A stretch of DNA of 64,000 nucleotides, taken from Vicugna vicugna (lineage: Eukaryota). The notes beneath the pieces are model-generated. The model saw nothing but the letters and a program-made list of their open reading frames with translations, made no database searches and was not told where the DNA came from. Where the stretch lies: assembly GCA_013265495.1 (NCBI GenBank), contig MU058065.1, forward strand, positions 6,634,302 through 6,698,301. The letters are read 5' to 3'. The position numbers and the translations under genes were made by a program. How positions within the stretch are numbered: position 1 is the stretch's first letter; every line of letters begins with the position of its first letter. Of the stretch, positions 55,213-64,000 are shown in pieces.

Positions 55213-57786
55213 ACAATTAAAATAAAATGTTTAAAAAAGCAAATCCTATTGCCTTCATATGTGAATTATTTAAAGTTTGACAAAATCGTTTTGACTTGGA
55301 GAAGGTTAAAAAAAAGAAGCAAAATTGCTCCTTTTTAGATGCTCTTTAAGGGATGCCCACATGGTCCCCCCTTCCCGATCCCAGCTGTTCTGGGAGGGGT
55401 CCTCTATATTTTAGAGCTCTTCTCCTGTTACCCCCACTCTGCCCCTCACCTCTCCTCTGTCAGGTCCCCTCCATCAGCTGCACGGGATCCTTACCTGCCT
55501 GCCCTCACAGGCTCCCGCCTCCTGGGAGCCCATGTTCTCAAGTTTCTCACTGCCCCCAGATTTCTTCCCGCTTGGTGCTGGCTGTTTCCTGCTAGCTGCT
55601 TAGGGGAGAAAGCAATTTGGCAAAGTGGATCACAGAAGGATCAACATCCAGTTTGTTGTCAATTTTTTTTAACTGTCTGAAAGAGATCTGTGAAGGACCC
55701 TCGTTACTGTCCCCCATTAGAGCCTGATAGGCCGGTGGAAGGATGCTCTGGAGCGGTTGACATACTAGCTGTGTGGCTGTATTGGGCAGATTGGCCTCTC
55801 TGAGCCTGGGACATGGATAGCCTGTGCCCTCCCAGCAGCTGGGATCGGCATCTACTGAACGACAGCCATTCCCGCAGAGATGGCACCCTATGTGCCAAAC
55901 TCCGCGGGTAGTATCTCATTTAATCCTCACAGTCAGCTTCTGAGGTGGTGTTAGCATCATCTCCAGTGGACAGACGAGAAATGGAGGCACAGAAAGGTTC
56001 AGTGACTTGCCCAGGGTCATCCAATTAATTGTGGAGATTGTGGACTCCGACCCAGTTGGGCTGGCTTAAGTCCATGTTCTCATTCACCTTGCCCTACTGT
56101 CCCTGACAGGCCAGCCCTGAGTTTATTAATAACAGTAAGAGGAAAGGAAGGCTGCTGGTCACTGAACACCATTGTGCATCTCATTTATGTCTCCCGGCCA
56201 CTCCAGAAAGAGGCTCAGTGATATGAGTCCCTGATGCGGTGTTAACCGCGGTCAATTAGAGGTAGAACCTATATTCAAATCCAGACCAGTGCAATTGCAA
56301 GTCATGTCTCTTTCTACCACCCTGTCCCGCCTTTGGCCCAAGCCTGACCCCCAGGATCAGCCTGTGATTCAGGAAAAAAATGGAAAAAATGAACTGCTTA
56401 CAGGTTATTTTTAAAACTACGTTTAAAATTCTTCAAACACCTTTGAGGCCATATGTCCACCTCCATTTCTTCTTTATAATGAATTATAGCACCACAAATC
56501 AGTTGTAAGAAAGAAAATGGGATATAGCGTTTTCCAAAGTGACTTCATATGCCTTTCTCACCTAACTCTCCTATTAGCCTCCAAATAAGTAGGCTTGTTG
56601 GTGAAGGTTTATGATTTTGCTGCCTAGCATCATCTCTGGTATCAGACCCCCAATTCTTTTGGGGGACACTTTCCCCACTTTCAGTGCACTGTGTTTCAGT
56701 TGGGTCTGACACTGCCTTTCCAGATATGGTCATGTGACCTCACCTGGTCAGAGAAGCCCATTCCCCTCACTCCTATGATTGGTTCAGGGTTGGGCACATG
56801 ATCCAAGCTGGACCAATGAAACTCAATCCCTGGGACTATTGGAGGTTCTGCTAAGTTTGATGAACTAGTAGCCTATAAACCTGGAACTTCTAGAGATAAT
56901 CTTTCCACTACAGGGAGAAAGACTGACAGAGAATGATACCAATATAGAAGAAAGCAGAGTTGAATGATAAAGGTGCCCTTGAATCCCTAGATCCAGCCAT
57001 GCCTGAAGTCACCATGATATAATCTTACACTTCGCCGTTTCACAAGCTGACAAATTTTCCTTTGAGTTTAAGCTCCTTTCAGTTGGGTATCTGTCACCTG
57101 TACTTGAAAGGGTTCTGTCTCATTCAAGGTTGTCATCTCCAGTGGAAGATGAAGAAACTAAGGTCAGGGAAATGACTTGCTCAAGGTCACTTGGATGTTG
57201 AGTGGCAGAGCTGGGACTGGAACCCAGGTGTCTAAGGCCAGTTGTCCTGCAAGCAAAGAGCAGGTGACCTGGTTGTTGCTGATCAGGGCTGGCTCCAGGA
57301 AAAGCACATGCCTTCATTCAGGACAGATGCCCAAGTGGGAGGCTCACCCAAGGTCCTGAGAAAATGCTTCACCAGCCCTAGAGAACCATAATCAACTGCC
57401 TCTCAAAGCTGGGCATCCCCAGAGTGACCTGGCCCTGGGGCTTGCCCAGACAAGAGAGCAGTGACCCAGAGACAATCACAGAGCACAGGGGGCTACTCTT
57501 CTTCAGGAAGGTGAGGACAACGGCCCCTTCTGTCATGCCCACCCCAGGTGCAGCCCCGACCCAGGACAGTAGGGGCCAATGCCAAAGTCCTTGGCTCGGG
57601 GTAAGGGGATCCTAAGAGGGGAGGTTGAGCTGTGGACAAGGGTGGGAAAATTACCTTGGGCTGGTCCCAAGGAAGCATGGAGCTAAGCCAGTGCTTCCTA
57701 GTCTTCAGCTACACCAACTCCACTTTCAAGAATTCTGCTATAGCCAAGTATCACCTTTACTTCATATTTTCCTGTTTCAGTAAATA

Positions 57787-58104
57787 CAAGCAAACTTCGG
57801 AGATACTGTGGGTTTAATTCCAGACCACAGCAATAAAGCGAATACGGCAATTGAGTGAGTCACACACTTTTTTTTTTTCTGGTTTCCCTTTGCCTGTAAG
57901 AGTTACGTTTCTACTATACTATAATCTATTAAGCGTACAACAGCAGTATGTCTAAAAACCAATGTACATACCTTTTAAAAATACTTAACTGCTAAAAAAT
58001 GCTAACCATCATCCAACAAGGCAGGGTTGCCACAAACCTTCAATTTGTAAAAAACAGAATCTGCGAAGCACAACAGCGAGGCATGGTAAACTGAGATATG
58101 GCTG
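57787..58104 (-). mobile_element. Internally deleted Tigger1-type (TcMar) DNA transposon
   Basis: TA flanks on both sides and degenerate CAGGCATACCTCG-like TIRs. Contains the Tigger1 terminal motifs GCAGGGTTGCCACAAACCTTCAATTTGTAAAAAAC and CCAGACCACAGCAATAAAGCGAATA. Confidence 0.75.
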
Positions 58105-58571
58105 TACCTTTAGTCACTTTCATGAATTGAAAACTGGTGTCACTTGTCAAACATATTGACCCCCAAAGATAAATACAATGATACAAAAATGATGTTTTAA
58201 ACTCAAGATAGTTGCCCGGTTAGATCGTCGACCTGGAGTCTGGCTCTTTGTTCGTTAGGTGTTAAAGAGAGGCCAGCGCCAAGGCCTTGCCCTTGAAGTG
58301 TACTCACTGCTGTGCTGTGACCATGTAGAACCATCTCCCCTGCGGCCAGTGGTACACCTGTGCAGCTCAAGCTTTGGAAAACACTAAGGTAAGCAAATTG
58401 TAAACCGTGGACAGATGCTCACGAGCCATGGAAGTGTTGTTATCCATAGCGCTGTTTCTGCCCAGGGCTCTGGAAGTGCAGTCACTCCAAGTAAGCAAGA
58501 ACTGTAACCCAGACAGGAAAACGGAACCAGCAATAAAGACAAGCCCATTGAGGGGTCAAAGCTTCAGTTAA

Positions 58572-58945
58572 ATCATTCTTTCATTCAACATTTATTGAGC
58601 GCCTACTGTGTGCCAGGCACCGTGCTAGGCGCAGAAATACAGAGATGCATAAGATACAGTCCATGCCCTGAAGGGTTCACAGTCTAGAAGGGGAGAGAAA
58701 CGTGTAAACAAGTAAATTACAGTGTGATAAGTGCCACAAGAGAAGCATTTACAAAGAGCAGAGGTAGCCTGGAGGTGGGGAGGGGTATGGGGGTGGTCTT
58801 CCTGGAGGAGAGGGCCTTTGTAGGGGATTGTGAGAGATGAATAGGTGTTTGCCAGGCAGACAAGGCAGGAGGAGCGGCGGAAAGGCATTCCAGTCTGAAG
58901 AAACAGCATGAGCGAAGGCACAGAGGCATGAAACTGCATGTCTTG
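58572..58945 (-). mobile_element. L2 3' end fragment in the PNKD distal 3'UTR region
   Basis: CATTCAACATTTATTGAGCGCCTACTGTGTGCCAGGCACCGTGCTAGG..., a typical reverse L2 tail. Confidence 0.8.
58591..58596 (-). terminator. Candidate PNKD poly(A) signal AATAAA, inside an L2 3' tail
   Basis: The minus strand reads GGCACACAGTAGGCGCTCAATAAATGTTGAATGAAAGAATGA, about 1.7 kb after the PNKD stop. Confidence 0.55.
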
Positions 58946-60298
58946 AGGGGTGGGGAACTATCCTGGGGGTATTGCTAGAGTTGGTATCAAAGGCTGTGGC
59001 TGGAGAGGGAGGCAGCAGCAGGATGATGAGGGGAAACTGAGGGCAGGGGGCATCTCAGAGGCTCCCCAGAGGTAAGCAGAGCCTGAGGGAAGGCTTTGAC
59101 CCAGGAAGAGAAGGCTACTGGTTGAGCCAAGGTATGCCTGCTCAAGGACCATCAGGGTCCTCACTGTGGCCCCAAAGGGACGTAGACCCAAGGCCAGAAG
59201 GGCTGAGTTGAAGGAGGGCTGAGCAGAGGGGAAGGGCCCAGGCCTAGGGTCCTGGAAGCTGCCACTGACTTGAGAGCTGTCCAGCTTTTGATTTCATCTC
59301 TCTGCTGTGCAGACCCCCTTCCCCCGCCAGAATCGGGCCAGGGGCCAAACAAGAAATGACATGGGAATGTCCTTGGCAAACTGCAAAGGGCCAGATGAAT
59401 GTCTTAACTAACTAAAAGCGGAAAGGTTTGAGGATAAAGCAGCAGTTCCTAAGAATAAGGGCCATAATGAGAAAACCATGGCAGCCGTGGCAGACAATGG
59501 CTGTCTGTCCCCTGGGAAGGAACAACCCTGCTGGCCCAGGGCAGGAGTAGAGGCCACTGGGCGGGGCCAGGCCAGCTGTGCCAAGTGTGTGACCTGCAAG
59601 ACTGGGGGCTGCAATCCCAGCCTCCTGGCGCCTCCTCAGCCTGAGGTTAAATTTCCTTGGCAACCAGGACCCTGTCCCTTCCAGGCTGTAGGGGAGTCAC
59701 CGAGGCAGAGATTGTCCACAGCCAGGCTTCCAGCCCTTTCTTCTTGCTTAGAAATGGCTCTGTTTGAAAAATGCCTTCATAGGGGACAGGTTGGGGCTGG
59801 GCAGGGAGGCTGGGGGAGGAGGGGCAGTGTCTTGGGAAACTAGAGCCCAGGTGCCCCTGAGTGACAGTTTCTCCAAGGCATCACACCTCAGGTGACTTTG
59901 GGGGAGCGACTTTCTTTCCCATTCTGGATGGGAGGAAGGGGAAGATGGATTCAACCTATTCATGGCTTCTGCGGCCTGAGTCCAGGGGCCACAGTGAGTG
60001 AGGTCTCCACTCCCTCACTGCCATCACAGGGAAGAGGGAGGTGAGGAGGGGAGCCTCCTAATTAGCTCTTCCCTTGATGTCTCAGCTTCCCCCGACGGAA
60101 TCTCCAAGGCTTCGATCAGCCCCCTTCCTCTCAGCCTCAGGGTCTCATCGCCTCATCCCTCCTCTCCCCCGACCAGTGCTGGGGAGTGGTGCCCACTGAC
60201 GGGCCGATGGAGGTGGTGCTGGCAGCAATGAGAGGGATGGTGTGGTGTGGTGATGGGTGGCCTCCCCAGCATGGGGGGTGGGCTGGGCTGGGCTGGGG

Positions 60299-63998
<3,700 letters not shown>

Positions 63999-64000
63999 AA

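Overview
Mammalian genomic DNA, not prokaryotic. Most of the supplied ORF track consists of exon fragments or spurious ORFs, many with GTG/TTG starts. The window holds the conserved PNKD-CATIP-SLC11A1-CTDSP1(miR-26b)-VIL1 block, with all five genes on the minus strand. I reconstructed the exons by hand from GT-AG junctions. VIL1 runs from a non-coding exon 1 into coding exon 17 and leaves the left edge. CTDSP1 (7 exons, 261 aa, intronic miR-26b), SLC11A1/NRAMP1 (15 exons, 548 aa) and CATIP (10 exons, 390 aa) are complete. Only the last 6 exons of PNKD are present. Seven tRNA-Ala-derived SINE copies resemble the camelid vic-1 family, so the source is probably a camelid (inference). Old L1, L2, MIR, MLT, hAT and Tigger repeats are also present. 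I found no convincing new biological system. The best leads are regulatory: a phase-compatible upstream CTDSP1 exon with an in-frame TAG, a nested uORF in the CTDSP1 leader, a solo ERV LTR with intact target-site duplication inside SLC11A1, a possible L2-donated PNKD poly(A) signal, degenerate telomere-like hexamer arrays in VIL1 introns, and absence of the known SLC11A1 (GT)n repeats.
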